This document shows, piece by piece, positions 36,434-46,528 of a stretch of 64,000 nt of DNA. Made by a program: the position numbers and the translations under genes. This stretch comes from a virus: the IMG/VR virus record IMGVR_UViG_3300025168_000034, positions 1 to 64,000 of that record. One strand, written 5' to 3'. The first letter of the stretch is position 1. Each line of letters begins with the position of its first letter. Under the pieces are notes generated by a model. It was not told the origin of the DNA, searched no databases, and worked only from the letters and a program-made list of their open reading frames with translations.

Positions 36434-37301
36434 ATGACTTAATTGTCTTTTTTATACCTGATTGTATATCGTGTTTAGCGCACCATCCAGTGAGTTGTAG
36501 TTTACTATTATCACCACATAGATGGTTTGTGTAGGAATTCTTTCTGTCCTTGGTAGCGTCAAAAGTAATAGTGTGTTCGAGTCCTAAATAGTCATCGTCA
36601 AACTCTTGTTTTATTGTATTGACTACATCCCTAACCACATACTCCTTTCCGGAACATATGTTGAATATACCGGTATGTTTACCTGATAATAGTTGATCAA
36701 CAGCGCTCGTAAAGTCATCTATATACAAGTAATCTGCTACTGAATTACAAGAATTGAGAGTAAGGTTTTGGCGGTCAATGCATGCTTGAACTGTCATAGG
36801 GATTAACCTACTCTGTACGTCACCTGGTCCGTATACATAACAAGGACGCAGCCACAACCATTTAAAATTATTGACCTCACACAAGGTTCTTGTAAACAGT
36901 TTAAGAATATTCTTAGATGCACCATAGTAGTTGTTAGCATACTCCGGGTCTTCTTCTGTTATGCTTGTTTTGTTGATTCCATACTCTGCAAACGATCCTA
37001 CACCTACAAAGTGTAAATTCTTTAGTTGAGAGAATACTCTACCTAATTCGATAGCTATATTAATGTTGCTAAATTGCTCGTAACTATTGACACCGTTAAA
37101 GTTGTTACCATCAGACCATCCATTGTATATAAAGATGTCAGGTTGATATTCTAAAATCTCTTCTCCAACTGTAGTTAGGTTGTTATGCCTTATACTGACA
37201 GATCGTATGTCATATTTTTTTGATAAATGGATTGCTAGACTCTTTCCTAAGAATCCACTAACCCCACTAATCATTATTTTAAGTTTATCTGACTTCTCCA
37301 T
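36423..37301 (-). CDS. NAD-dependent nucleotide-sugar epimerase/4-reductase
   Basis: SGVSGFLG, GSFAEYG, YGASK, VYGPGD, DYLYIDD. Confidence 0.9.
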   Translation of the reverse strand: MEKSDKLKIMISGVSGFLGKSLAIHLSKKYDIRSVSIRHNNLTTVGEEILEYQPDIFIYNGWSDGNNFNGVNSYEQFSNINIAIELGRVFSQLKNLHFVGVGSFAEYGINKTSITEEDPEYANNYYGASKNILKLFTRTLCEVNNFKWLWLRPCYVYGPGDVQSRLIPMTVQACIDRQNLTLNSCNSVADYLYIDDFTSAVDQLLSGKHTGIFNICSGKEYVVRDVVNTIKQEFDDDYLGLEHTITFDATKDRKNSYTNHLCGDNSKLQLTGWCAKHDIQSGIKKTIKSYEK

Positions 37302-38251
37302 TCCTTCAAATCGTAGTGTTTTTTATAATTTCTTTTTGCTTTGATTACACAATCTGTGTAAAAATCGTAATCATTGCTTAGCCTTTGTGCTAACTTTCTA
37401 GCTGAATCAACGTCTTCTACATCAACACACAAGTCTGGATGACACAATCTTTGTGTATCAACGTGTTTGTTACCTATACAAGGTATGCCAAAGTATGCAC
37501 AATTTAGGCTAAATGTGCCTGCTGCAATAGTTGGCATAAGATGTACAGCATACTTGAATGTTGATAACTCTTTCATCCAATCGATCCAGCTCAATCTAGG
37601 TAGATGTTGTAGGTTTGGTACATATCCTTCACCGTCACGTTTTGCATGAGACTCTTGAGCCCAGATTGGTGCTTTGAATTCATCTGCAACAACGTAGCTT
37701 TGAAAGCCTCCATACCATCTTGCAAAGTTTCCTCCAATAATCACCTTGTTTTCTGTCTTAGGCTCTATATTACTAATAAGCTTTTCGATCATTAATGTAG
37801 GTATTGTTTGTACCTTTTGACCTGGCACTAACCCTTTATAAAATCTCGTATCATATTCGTTGTGAGCATATATTGTATCGACATCAGTTAGCATATTGTA
37901 GAAATTAAACTGATCATGCACTTCTAATTCTGTGAACATCCAAGCCGGTCCTTCTTGTATATAATGGATTTGCTTGTTGTTCTTTTTCAAGACCTCGAGC
38001 CAGTTTGAGTTTAAAAGCTCAGAGTGTGGATTAGGTGAGTTAGCTATTTTTGCTCCAACTGCATTTAGATTAAGCTGTCCTTTAGGGAATATAACAAACA
38101 CATGATCACAATCTTTAATACTTGCATACTCATATATGTTTGTGTGTGTTGCGTCTAATGCATGCATCCATGCAAACTCCGTTCTCATATTAGTATGATC
38201 ACTAGCAATCTTACCACTAAACCCCATCTCTGTAACGAACGCTATTTTCAT
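37274..38251 (-). CDS. glycosyltransferase (GT-B-like)
   Basis: AGTFSLNCAYFGIPCIG C-terminal GT-B pattern; glycan-cluster context. Confidence 0.65.
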   Translation of the reverse strand: MKIAFVTEMGFSGKIASDHTNMRTEFAWMHALDATHTNIYEYASIKDCDHVFVIFPKGQLNLNAVGAKIANSPNPHSELLNSNWLEVLKKNNKQIHYIQEGPAWMFTELEVHDQFNFYNMLTDVDTIYAHNEYDTRFYKGLVPGQKVQTIPTLMIEKLISNIEPKTENKVIIGGNFARWYGGFQSYVVADEFKAPIWAQESHAKRDGEGYVPNLQHLPRLSWIDWMKELSTFKYAVHLMPTIAAGTFSLNCAYFGIPCIGNKHVDTQRLCHPDLCVDVEDVDSARKLAQRLSNDYDFYTDCVIKAKRNYKKHYDLKEWRSQINLK

Positions 38252-39405
38252 TTTGCAAAAAACTCTTTTATTTTATCACACACATAATCAACATCGTCAA
38301 CTGTCATACCGTGATGAGCACCTAACAAGAATCCATTAGCCATAATGAGGTCTGAATTTGTAAAATCTTGCAAATACTCTCTATAGATTGGATGTCTAGT
38401 AACATTACCAGCAAAGGTAACTCTAGTCTGTATATTGTTATCTTCTAAGAATGTTAACAACTCAAGACGTCTATCACACTGTAAAGGTACTGCTAGCCAG
38501 TTTGGTTTTATACTATCGTCTGGCAATATAAGCTCTTTAACATCTTTAAGGTTTTCTATATATCTTTCAACATTATCTCTCCTTATCTTTTCAAACTTTT
38601 TAAACCTTTCGAGTTGTACTAATCCAAAAGCTGCGTTCATCTCTGAGCATTTCATGTTGTATCCAAGTACGTCATATAGAAATTTGTGATCGTAAGCAAT
38701 ACCATCTACTTCGTGATTAAAGCGATCTGACATTAACTCTGAGTTGTCTCCCATTCTTCCCCAATCACGATATTGTAGAGCTCTGTTTACATGCTTCTTG
38801 TCGTTAAACATAACCATACCTCCTTGACCTCCAGCTGTAATGACATGACTAGCATAAAAGCTGGTCGTAGACACATCCGATTCTTCTGTGTATGTAATTG
38901 TATCTGCTGAATCTTCTATGACTTTAATGTCATATCTTCTTAGAGCTTGTAGTTTTTGCTTTAACTTAACCCAATCAGGTTTGTTTCCTATTAAATTTGG
39001 AACCATAATAGCTTTAACTTTAGATTCCGTATCCTTAGATACAATGTCAATAATATCTTCCACTGTTGGCACATAGGATTGCAATCCTACATCACAAAAA
39101 ACTGGCTCGAAGCCTAACTGTATAATTGGAGCTAATGTTGTTGAAAACGTACATGCTGGTGTTATCACCTGACATCCTTTAGGTAAGTCTAATGCTGCTA
39201 ATGCTAACAGACATGCTGATGATCCTGAGTTCACAAACACTCCATATTTCTTACCAAAACGCTTAGCTATTTGCTCTTCAAACTCAATAGACTTAGGTCC
39301 AAATCCAGCTAGCCATCCATCACGGAGACACTGTTCTACTGCTTTAATTTCTTCCTCTCCATAAGATTCAAACTTGTTAGGAGCGTACCATACTTTCTTT
39401 CTCAT
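38248..39405 (-). CDS. DegT-family PLP enzyme, RfbH/DdhC-like 3-dehydratase type
   Basis: VNSGSSA, FSTT, IEDSAD, TSFYASHVIT (His at the Lys position), RDWGR, YDHKF, GYNMK. Confidence 0.8.
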   Translation of the reverse strand: MRKKVWYAPNKFESYGEEEIKAVEQCLRDGWLAGFGPKSIEFEEQIAKRFGKKYGVFVNSGSSACLLALAALDLPKGCQVITPACTFSTTLAPIIQLGFEPVFCDVGLQSYVPTVEDIIDIVSKDTESKVKAIMVPNLIGNKPDWVKLKQKLQALRRYDIKVIEDSADTITYTEESDVSTTSFYASHVITAGGQGGMVMFNDKKHVNRALQYRDWGRMGDNSELMSDRFNHEVDGIAYDHKFLYDVLGYNMKCSEMNAAFGLVQLERFKKFEKIRRDNVERYIENLKDVKELILPDDSIKPNWLAVPLQCDRRLELLTFLEDNNIQTRVTFAGNVTRHPIYREYLQDFTNSDLIMANGFLLGAHHGMTVDDVDYVCDKIKEFFAK

Positions 39406-40034
39406 ATTGTGTTGTAAAATTTATTTTGACGTTCTTGTCGTTGTATCGACTTAGGATGATGTAAGCAATACTCTGGATTGCCTGGCATATGTCCAAATTT
39501 TTTGTAGCCAACCAATCTTTCATGAACCGGCTTTATCCATTTAATGTCTGGTGAGTTTTTGTATAAGCGCATTTGATGATCAGGAAAATTAACCCACCCT
39601 CGTTCACTCACCTGCCATCCCCACTTTGCTATATGCTCTTGTGTTAATCCGCTGACTGTGTTAATTCGTGACAACCAGTACGCTTCAACATCTGGGTTGT
39701 CTGATATTACATAAGGGATTGCTTCCATCAAGTAGTCGTCTGGATACTCGTCTGCATCTAATTGGAGTATCCAATCTCCAGAACAGAGACTGTTTAAGTA
39801 ATTCTTGTGTTTAGCAAAGTTTTTGTTTAGAGGATGATATGCTCGAATCACATTATCATCGATACACTCTTCAGCGAATGCTTCTACATAATCCTTTATC
39901 TCTTGTGTGTGATTTGTTTCATCTACTAAAATAACGATCTCATCTTCAGGTGACTTCCATTTCAATAAATACTTGGTGAGGTTTTTTATTTCTTCAATCT
40001 CGTTACATACGGGGACAGCATAACTAATTTTCAT
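39402..40034 (-). CDS. glycosyltransferase GT2
   Basis: VCNE, NFAKHKN, WILQLDADE, PDHQMR, VHE. Confidence 0.9.
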   Translation of the reverse strand: MKISYAVPVCNEIEEIKNLTKYLLKWKSPEDEIVILVDETNHTQEIKDYVEAFAEECIDDNVIRAYHPLNKNFAKHKNYLNSLCSGDWILQLDADEYPDDYLMEAIPYVISDNPDVEAYWLSRINTVSGLTQEHIAKWGWQVSERGWVNFPDHQMRLYKNSPDIKWIKPVHERLVGYKKFGHMPGNPEYCLHHPKSIQRQERQNKFYNTI

Positions 40035-40061
40035 AACTACAATATACTAAATTAAATCCTA

Positions 40062-40559
40062 TTAAACAAGGTCTTCGTTAATAATAAATCCAGCATGCTT
40101 ACAAGCATCATAAAATTGAGTTGATGCAAATTTCTCTTTTTGAGACATATCAACTCTCTTTTTGTAATACTCGCCATTAGATCCTGGTATTGGATATTTT
40201 TCTCTTTCACTATCTTTAACATCTACAGATGGAGCAGTAGTCCACCACCAATCTAACTTACTGTTTCCATCTGGAAAAATAATTCCAACATTTGGAAAGT
40301 TGAGAACAAGTGGATACCATACTAAGTTTTTATCATCGATCCATCTAAGATCCTTGATAAGTTTTGCAGTATTTTCTTCGTATTGAATTATAGTTGGGCT
40401 CCCTTCTACATTCAAAGATGTAGTGGTATAGCCACAATCAATACACATGTAGCTTGTTGCTTTTGAGCCATCAGGCAGTTCTGTGTGTTCTTTAAAACAC
40501 CTATGGCCTCCACAGTGTTTGCATATTACCTTTTCAGGTTGTTCATCTTGTTGGTACAT
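40062..40559 (-). CDS. zinc-ribbon-containing hypothetical protein
   Basis: CKHC...CIDCG. Confidence 0.7.
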   Translation of the reverse strand: MYQQDEQPEKVICKHCGGHRCFKEHTELPDGSKATSYMCIDCGYTTTSLNVEGSPTIIQYEENTAKLIKDLRWIDDKNLVWYPLVLNFPNVGIIFPDGNSKLDWWWTTAPSVDVKDSEREKYPIPGSNGEYYKKRVDMSQKEKFASTQFYDACKHAGFIINEDLV

Positions 40560-40791
40560 ATTCTATATTGTATGATAGTCCGTTATTATTATCGCTCACT
40601 CCATGTTTTACATTATCAAATATTGCCATGGAGCTACGCACGACAAATTGACTATACTCTTCTGAGTTTTGTAATAATTCTTGTTTCCATTCACAATCGT
40701 GATTTGCTGATGTGAACCAGTTTATAAAGTGATCATGCGTCCATTTAGTATAACACTTTATGTAATATTTTATGTATTGTTCTTTCTTCAT
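40543..40791 (-). CDS. hypothetical protein
   Basis: ATGA overlap with the upstream glycosyltransferase. Confidence 0.45.
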   Translation of the reverse strand: MKKEQYIKYYIKCYTKWTHDHFINWFTSANHDCEWKQELLQNSEEYSQFVVRSSMAIFDNVKHGVSDNNNGLSYNIEYVPTR

Positions 40792-42122
40792 GATTCTACT
40801 TTTTTGAGTTTAGGAAGTTTCATTTTAGGTTCTGCTTTTCTGAGTTTAGGAAGTTTCAATGAAACCTCAGTAGGAGTGTTTGATGTGATCTTGTCAAGAT
40901 GTTCTTTTAGTTTTTCTTCCATATGCTTCATTGCAAAGTTTTCTTTTATAAACTTAGCTTGACGTTTAGCTAAAACGTTGAGGTTCTTTTGATTTTTCTT
41001 ATCACAAACATACTTGAAGGCATCTGCTGCATGATTATAATTAACAGAAAACCACTGACTTTCTGGTAAAATTACATCATCCCATACAGCTGAAGGATGT
41101 ACGTTTGTTAGCTGTCCTTCCAATCTAATGCTATGTTTTAAGAAGTCGACTTGGCCACTCCAGTTAGGAGCTATGATAATTTTTTCAGATAAACTTGCTT
41201 CTGCTAAAGGTCTTCCAAAACCTTCTCCTTTGGTAAAAGTGACATGCGCTTTTACTTTTGGATGATTGTAGAGTGAGTTCATTTCATCATTAGTCAAATC
41301 TCCATGTACAAGATATATGTTTGGTAAATTTTTTCCACCATTAACACTTGTACATATCTGTTCAATTCTATTAATCATCTGATCTCGATCAACAGGAGAG
41401 AAGTCAGCTGCTGATGTTTTCATTATCAACGCAGGCTTGTTATGTCTTGCTTTATCTTTAAAAGTTTCCAAAAAACTCTTAATCATACCAGAGATGTTTT
41501 TACGATCTTCGCCAAAATCACCTTTCAGCCAATGACCTACAAATAAGAAAGCAAAGTCTTCTTTCACTTGTTTTAATTGATCATCTATTGACTTGTGTAT
41601 TTCTTTAGTTTTAAAGTAGGTTGTAAGATCGACCCCTTCTAACAACACTTCAACTGGAACCTGACATTTAATTGTTCCAACCTTCTGTTTGGTTTGATTG
41701 TCTATTTTTTCAAACGCTGTGCTCTGTAGTACATTTTTAGAATGTTCGGATGATGTCAATACTAAATCCATTTTATTCATTCCTTCAATCCATGGAGCTG
41801 CACACATTGTAGTCTCAATGCCTGCTGTAATTCCTATATTGACTTTGCCAATTTTCTGAAACTCATTAGGTACTGTGATTTGTATAAACACTTCTGGCTG
41901 TTTAGGTAAATTAGGGTCCGCAAGACATCTATTGAGTATCTCTACGTCTCTTTCATCTTCGGTATTTAGAAAGTTTTGTGGTGTTGTTCCCCAACGTGTA
42001 GGCCATATCTTAACATCATACTTATCTAATGCAATAAGTGCGTGTGCTACGTCTCGTGATCTTGCGCCATATCCAGATACTGTATTGACTGGCGCCATTA
42101 ATAATAATAGTGGTTTTTCCAT
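40788..42122 (-). CDS. glycosyltransferase GT4-like
   Basis: SGYG, RKN, KGEGFGRPLAEA, NWSGQVDF. Confidence 0.9.
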   Translation of the reverse strand: MEKPLLLLMAPVNTVSGYGARSRDVAHALIALDKYDVKIWPTRWGTTPQNFLNTEDERDVEILNRCLADPNLPKQPEVFIQITVPNEFQKIGKVNIGITAGIETTMCAAPWIEGMNKMDLVLTSSEHSKNVLQSTAFEKIDNQTKQKVGTIKCQVPVEVLLEGVDLTTYFKTKEIHKSIDDQLKQVKEDFAFLFVGHWLKGDFGEDRKNISGMIKSFLETFKDKARHNKPALIMKTSAADFSPVDRDQMINRIEQICTSVNGGKNLPNIYLVHGDLTNDEMNSLYNHPKVKAHVTFTKGEGFGRPLAEASLSEKIIIAPNWSGQVDFLKHSIRLEGQLTNVHPSAVWDDVILPESQWFSVNYNHAADAFKYVCDKKNQKNLNVLAKRQAKFIKENFAMKHMEEKLKEHLDKITSNTPTEVSLKLPKLRKAEPKMKLPKLKKVES

Positions 42123-42124
42123 AA

Positions 42125-43624
42125 CTAAAGTGCTATTCCTGTTTTCTTGTTTTTACTCTTTTTTATCTCTGCATGTACATTATAAACTGTAAAGCGTGGT
42201 TGTGGTGTAAAATTGTCTATGCATAACTGCATTGCATCTCCTACAGTTTTACACATATGTTCTGCTGTGAATCCTGCTTCTTCACTCATTGCCCAAGCTC
42301 GACCTCTAGCCCCACATTCAGCACGTACATCTGCTGGAGTCTCCCACCACTTATATAGTGCTTTAGCTACATCTCTTGGATCACATCTATCGTCAAATAT
42401 GTATGGTGTTTGAGGAGAACCTTGAAGGTTAATACTTGCTGGGAATACTGGATTAACCCATCTTCCGTGTTTTTTGTATCTACCTTGATGGTTGCTACCA
42501 AAATCTTCATCGAAGTCGATCCAGTTACCTTTTTCATCTTCAAAGCGACATTGATCCTGCAATCCTCCAGTCACATTGTTTACGATAGGTGTTCCAGTAA
42601 GCATTGCTTCTGTACTACTAAGTCCCCAACCTTCGTTAGATGCAATGTTTGGTACTACATCTGCAATGTTATAAAACATGTTAAGCTCTTGCAGTGATAC
42701 TTTCACATTAGTGATCACTATCAAATGTTCAATTTCTGGACAGACGTTTTTAATGACTGCAGGAAGATCAGTACCATTACCATCTACAGCGTCTGTGTGT
42801 AATAGTAATCGAATCTTTTCTGCTTGCTCTGGATCTTCTTTCTTTATCTTATCATACATCAACTTGAATGAAAGAATTAAATCAGAAGTCATCTTACGTC
42901 GTATGTTTCTGTTGTTATGAAATACAATAAAATTCACATCTTTGTTGTGATTCTCTCCAAACAACTTTGCTCTCAGTTCTGTCGTTTCATGCTTAGCTAG
43001 TGGATAAAACCTCTGTTCGTTGATGCCGTGAGGTGCATAGCACACCTTTGGTAGAGTACTTTCGTACAAACGATCAGCAACATTAGGCATATCAAGATCT
43101 ATGTAATTCTCTTTACCACCCAATACAATCTTTGCGATGTTGTTGGATTGCTTGCTGATGCCCATCAAAAGGTCACAGCTTTGATAGAATGGTTTGTTGT
43201 AATGTGGTGCTGGAAGATCATCCCATATATGGTAGTAGAATATAGGTAAGTTCTGTCTAATCTCTGCTGACATTCTGTATAGCCAGTTCCAATATCTTGG
43301 ATCAGTGAAGTGGATAATTGCATCAATTTTATGCTTATCTACTAATCCTCTAACTACTTCTGGATTGCCATATCCATCAAAAGGATACACAAACACACAA
43401 GAGTCTTGAATGCCTTGTTGTTTGTTAATATCTTCCGACAAGTCAAATATCTTACCTGCCTCTGGATGTTTTATGGCTGCGCCTAGTTGGAAAAAATTGA
43501 ATCGATGAGCATTACCAATAATAATCTCACGCGTCATTGTACCTATACCTGATGGTATTCTACAATCGTCTGCTAAAAATAGGATATTCTTTCTATCCTC
43601 TTGCTTAATATAACCTTCTTTCAT
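42125..43624 (-). CDS. glycosyltransferase GT4-like
   Basis: PHGI, NRNIRRK, YNIADV, NEGWGLSSTEAM..GTP. Confidence 0.9.
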   Translation of the reverse strand: MKEGYIKQEDRKNILFLADDCRIPSGIGTMTREIIIGNAHRFNFFQLGAAIKHPEAGKIFDLSEDINKQQGIQDSCVFVYPFDGYGNPEVVRGLVDKHKIDAIIHFTDPRYWNWLYRMSAEIRQNLPIFYYHIWDDLPAPHYNKPFYQSCDLLMGISKQSNNIAKIVLGGKENYIDLDMPNVADRLYESTLPKVCYAPHGINEQRFYPLAKHETTELRAKLFGENHNKDVNFIVFHNNRNIRRKMTSDLILSFKLMYDKIKKEDPEQAEKIRLLLHTDAVDGNGTDLPAVIKNVCPEIEHLIVITNVKVSLQELNMFYNIADVVPNIASNEGWGLSSTEAMLTGTPIVNNVTGGLQDQCRFEDEKGNWIDFDEDFGSNHQGRYKKHGRWVNPVFPASINLQGSPQTPYIFDDRCDPRDVAKALYKWWETPADVRAECGARGRAWAMSEEAGFTAEHMCKTVGDAMQLCIDNFTPQPRFTVYNVHAEIKKSKNKKTGIAL

Positions 43625-43669
43625 GTGTGTTTACTTATAACTTATAATACGACTTTTTTTTTGTTTTTG

Positions 43670-44113
43670 CTAATTAACTATTGTAATTTTTACCATTTGG
43701 CTACCTGACATCTTTTGCAACATCTTGATAGCAGCTCTAGCTTTGAGAGTCTTCTCTTGTGCCATATTCTTGGCAGTTGTCATTGCTTGAGCTTCTCCTA
43801 TACTTTTAGAGTTTTTTACAAGTGCATCAACCCACGATTGTGCATCTCTATCTTGAAAACCTCCTAGACCAAAACTACCATCACGCATACTACTCATGGG
43901 TGGTGATTTAGGTACATAGTCTTGTTTAAGAGCATCGTATCTGAACATTTTTTGTGAGACTCCTTGGAATCGTTTTTCATTTACAATTTTGATTAGTTGT
44001 CCTTTTGGAAATGTCATTCTCCATGCACCTCCTCCAATTTCAAATCTGTTAGTGACTTCAAAATAACCCTCAGGCCATTCAACAGCTTCGTTTAGTAAAT
44101 TCTTTAGTTTCAT
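43670..44113 (-). CDS. leader-bearing protein (MKLKNLLNE)
   Basis: same leader as the 8609-14438 operon. Confidence 0.7.
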   Translation of the reverse strand: MKLKNLLNEAVEWPEGYFEVTNRFEIGGGAWRMTFPKGQLIKIVNEKRFQGVSQKMFRYDALKQDYVPKSPPMSSMRDGSFGLGGFQDRDAQSWVDALVKNSKSIGEAQAMTTAKNMAQEKTLKARAAIKMLQKMSGSQMVKITIVN

Positions 44114-44502
44114 TTGTATTTTGTATTATCTGTCCAATCTCTGAATAACATAGCGCTTCGTTCGTAAGCTTCTCTCTCCATCTCGCGAAGATGCTTATTG
44201 CTTTGTGCATAACCATCTCCAGCTCCTTGCATTTTTTCTTCATCCAAATCACCTCTCAAGTTTTGTTCGTGATGGATCAACTCATGAGCTAATGTCTTGA
44301 GTATATCTTTCTCATGTCTTCCGTTAGTGTATAGTGTGATTGTTTGATTTGCTGGCTCGTAATGTCCAGTTGGATGTAAGTGTGCAGGTCCTTGGTGTTG
44401 CATGTTACTCAACTTGACTTTAGGTAATGAGTCGCATCCACAACCATTCTCGGTCATATACTTACACATTTCTGCCATGCTCTTTTTTAAAGACTCTTCC
44501 AT
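44110..44502 (-). CDS. HExxH zincin-like protein
   Basis: TGHY, ITLY, TLAHELIH...EREAY; ATG 3 nt after the class C motif (44506-44516). Confidence 0.75.
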   Translation of the reverse strand: MEESLKKSMAEMCKYMTENGCGCDSLPKVKLSNMQHQGPAHLHPTGHYEPANQTITLYTNGRHEKDILKTLAHELIHHEQNLRGDLDEEKMQGAGDGYAQSNKHLREMEREAYERSAMLFRDWTDNTKYK

Positions 44503-44517
44503 GATTATAAATAGTCA

Positions 44518-44922
44518 CTAATTAATTACAACAACTTTTTTCTTATGTTTGTTAGCAGCTTTGATTAGGTTACCAAGTTTACGATCTGTTCCATTTGTGT
44601 CATCAAACACCAAGAGCCTATCAATGTACCTTGCATACGTGTTGTTACGTAGAAAGAAGTTTTTGACGTTGTAAGTCTTATTGTAGAAAGACTCATTCAT
44701 CATACTGTATAGTGTTGGTGGAGTGTGAGGTAGATTGGCTTCTTGATAATTGCAACCAAACTCTAAAGCAAACTTGCGAATGTGTTTATCAGCTCCGTGT
44801 TTGTCTCCAATTCCAATAAGCATTACATCTTCTTTCAACTCTTGCTTTATCTTAAAAATCATCTGTTTGATTTTAACTCTATTCTCGAAGGTTGTTGAAC
44901 CCGTTATTCCTAATTTCACCAT
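44518..44922 (-). CDS. SLOG/YspA-like (DUF2493-like) protein
   Basis: LGITGS, GADK, FFLRN and LLVFDD pattern. Confidence 0.65.
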   Translation of the reverse strand: MVKLGITGSTTFENRVKIKQMIFKIKQELKEDVMLIGIGDKHGADKHIRKFALEFGCNYQEANLPHTPPTLYSMMNESFYNKTYNVKNFFLRNNTYARYIDRLLVFDDTNGTDRKLGNLIKAANKHKKKVVVIN

Positions 44923-45376
44923 ATGTTTCTGTGTGCCATTGTCCTATTGATCTGTCTAAGAGGTTTTCTACATGACCTGGTTCGTAATTGTGTTGTCTTC
45001 TAAATCCTGAGCTCCATCCATGCTCTTCAAATCTTTTTATCACCTTTATCCACATCCATCTCCAGTACTCTGTTTGTTTTGCTTCTTTCCATGTTTGCAT
45101 TTTGCTATCATAAAACAAACAAAAATCCAAAGCCAGTCCATAGTTGTGAGGACTGTATCCAGGTCTATTAATAGTTAAAAGTGTTCCCGGAATCGTTCTT
45201 CCGTATTTATAAATAGTAGTCTGCTCTTCCAGACTTCTTCGGCCACATATAATATGCAAAGGTATTCTATCTTTAATGCAAGAGTTGTACACTTGTATTG
45301 CGGATTTAGTTAGTTGAGGATTAAGAGTGTTGATTCTATTTATAGAAGTCGTTTGTGTAAACTCTTTAGTTGTCAT
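44879..45376 (-). CDS. M15 family peptidoglycan endopeptidase (endolysin-like)
   Basis: RSLEEQ...GRT.PG...SPHNYGLALD...GHVE. Confidence 0.85.
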   Translation of the reverse strand: MTTKEFTQTTSINRINTLNPQLTKSAIQVYNSCIKDRIPLHIICGRRSLEEQTTIYKYGRTIPGTLLTINRPGYSPHNYGLALDFCLFYDSKMQTWKEAKQTEYWRWMWIKVIKRFEEHGWSSGFRRQHNYEPGHVENLLDRSIGQWHTETYGEIRNNGFNNLRE

Positions 45377-46212
45377 TTAGGCTTCCTACAATACTTACAC
45401 CACCTATCTTTACACTTAGGAATATCAATATTGAGATCCATGTTATATGTACCGTCATCATTGAAGGCTTCATCTATAAACTCTTGCAAAAGATTTCCAA
45501 TCTTATTAATAGTCGGTTTTCCATTAGCAGGAGCAAATGTTTGTATACGTTTCATAGGCCATTCAGAATCCTCATTGATCTGTCTACGTAGTATAATGTA
45601 CTCTACGTCAATAAGATCTTCACTAACATTAAACTGTTTAGCATAAAACTTCTTATACAATATTAATTGTGCAGTCTTTTTATGATCTTTCTTCTGATAC
45701 TTATTCCAACCTCTTGTCGAAGTTTTAAGGTCAATGATTGTAATACGTCCATCTCGTTTATCACGTATTATGACGTCAACAAATCCTTTGAATACAAGAT
45801 TATTAACCAAGCCTACTTTCAACTCAGTCTCTATTCCTAATAACTCATGATGTGATGAGAAGTGTTGTCTTCGTTTACTTTTGAAGTACTTTAGAATCTC
45901 TACACCATCTTGATAGAATGATTGTAGTTCTTCAGGAGTAGAAAAGTGACCAGTCTTCTTGGCAGCTTCTCCATACAAAGTAACTAAACGACTTTGAAGG
46001 TCGGACGCTAAATCAATCTCGTCCGCCTTCTTAGCCGTAGTGGAGTACATAACTGTCAAATAATTTTGCAGAACCTCATGCATTGCAGTCCCGAAGATAG
46101 TGTGAATGCTTTGCTCAAATACTCTTTTGTTAAGTGCATATTCGTTGTACCATCTAATCTTACAACTCATGAACATTGAAAACTGTGAGTAGGAAATTGA
46201 ATTTTCTGCCAT
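45373..46212 (-). CDS. PD-(D/E)XK RecB/Cas4-like exonuclease
   Basis: ISYSQ, FGTAMH, KGFVD, IIDLKT, QLILY, C-terminal CxxxWCxYC. Confidence 0.9.
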   Translation of the reverse strand: MAENSISYSQFSMFMSCKIRWYNEYALNKRVFEQSIHTIFGTAMHEVLQNYLTVMYSTTAKKADEIDLASDLQSRLVTLYGEAAKKTGHFSTPEELQSFYQDGVEILKYFKSKRRQHFSSHHELLGIETELKVGLVNNLVFKGFVDVIIRDKRDGRITIIDLKTSTRGWNKYQKKDHKKTAQLILYKKFYAKQFNVSEDLIDVEYIILRRQINEDSEWPMKRIQTFAPANGKPTINKIGNLLQEFIDEAFNDDGTYNMDLNIDIPKCKDRWCKYCRKPK

Positions 46213-46270
46213 TGTAACTTTGTTTTGTAACCTATATAACTATACTCCTTTTTTATCGTTTATGCAACAT

Positions 46271-46525
46271 TTAACCTGCAAGTATTCCTGGTCCACTGTT
46301 ATCATCTTCATCATCTGGAAGATCCTTTGGAAGAAACTCCTTGTTGATGTGTCCACACTTTACACAAGCAAATGCTTGTATTGGTACCAACATCTCTTCA
46401 CCACTCGGTGATGCTATTGCTGATATTTGTCTAAGTTTAAAGACTGTTTGAAATGTGTCGTGTCCACATGCTTCGCACACATAAGGTGTGCTTGCAGATA
46501 AATCTACGTTTGGTTGTTGTTGCAT
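46271..46525 (-). CDS. zinc-ribbon protein
   Basis: CEACG...SPSG...FACVKCGH. Confidence 0.75.
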   Translation of the reverse strand: MQQQPNVDLSASTPYVCEACGHDTFQTVFKLRQISAIASPSGEEMLVPIQAFACVKCGHINKEFLPKDLPDDEDDNSGPGILAG

Positions 46526-46528
46526 ATT

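Noticed and set aside
45208-45217. CTATTTATA motif inside the M15 peptidase gene
   Set aside because: Intragenic and about 290 nt from the next start codon; may be a chance match in AT-rich DNA.
45373-46212. Cas4-like nuclease as evidence of CRISPR-Cas
   Set aside because: No repeat-spacer array or other cas genes were seen; stand-alone PD-(D/E)XK exonucleases are common in phages.
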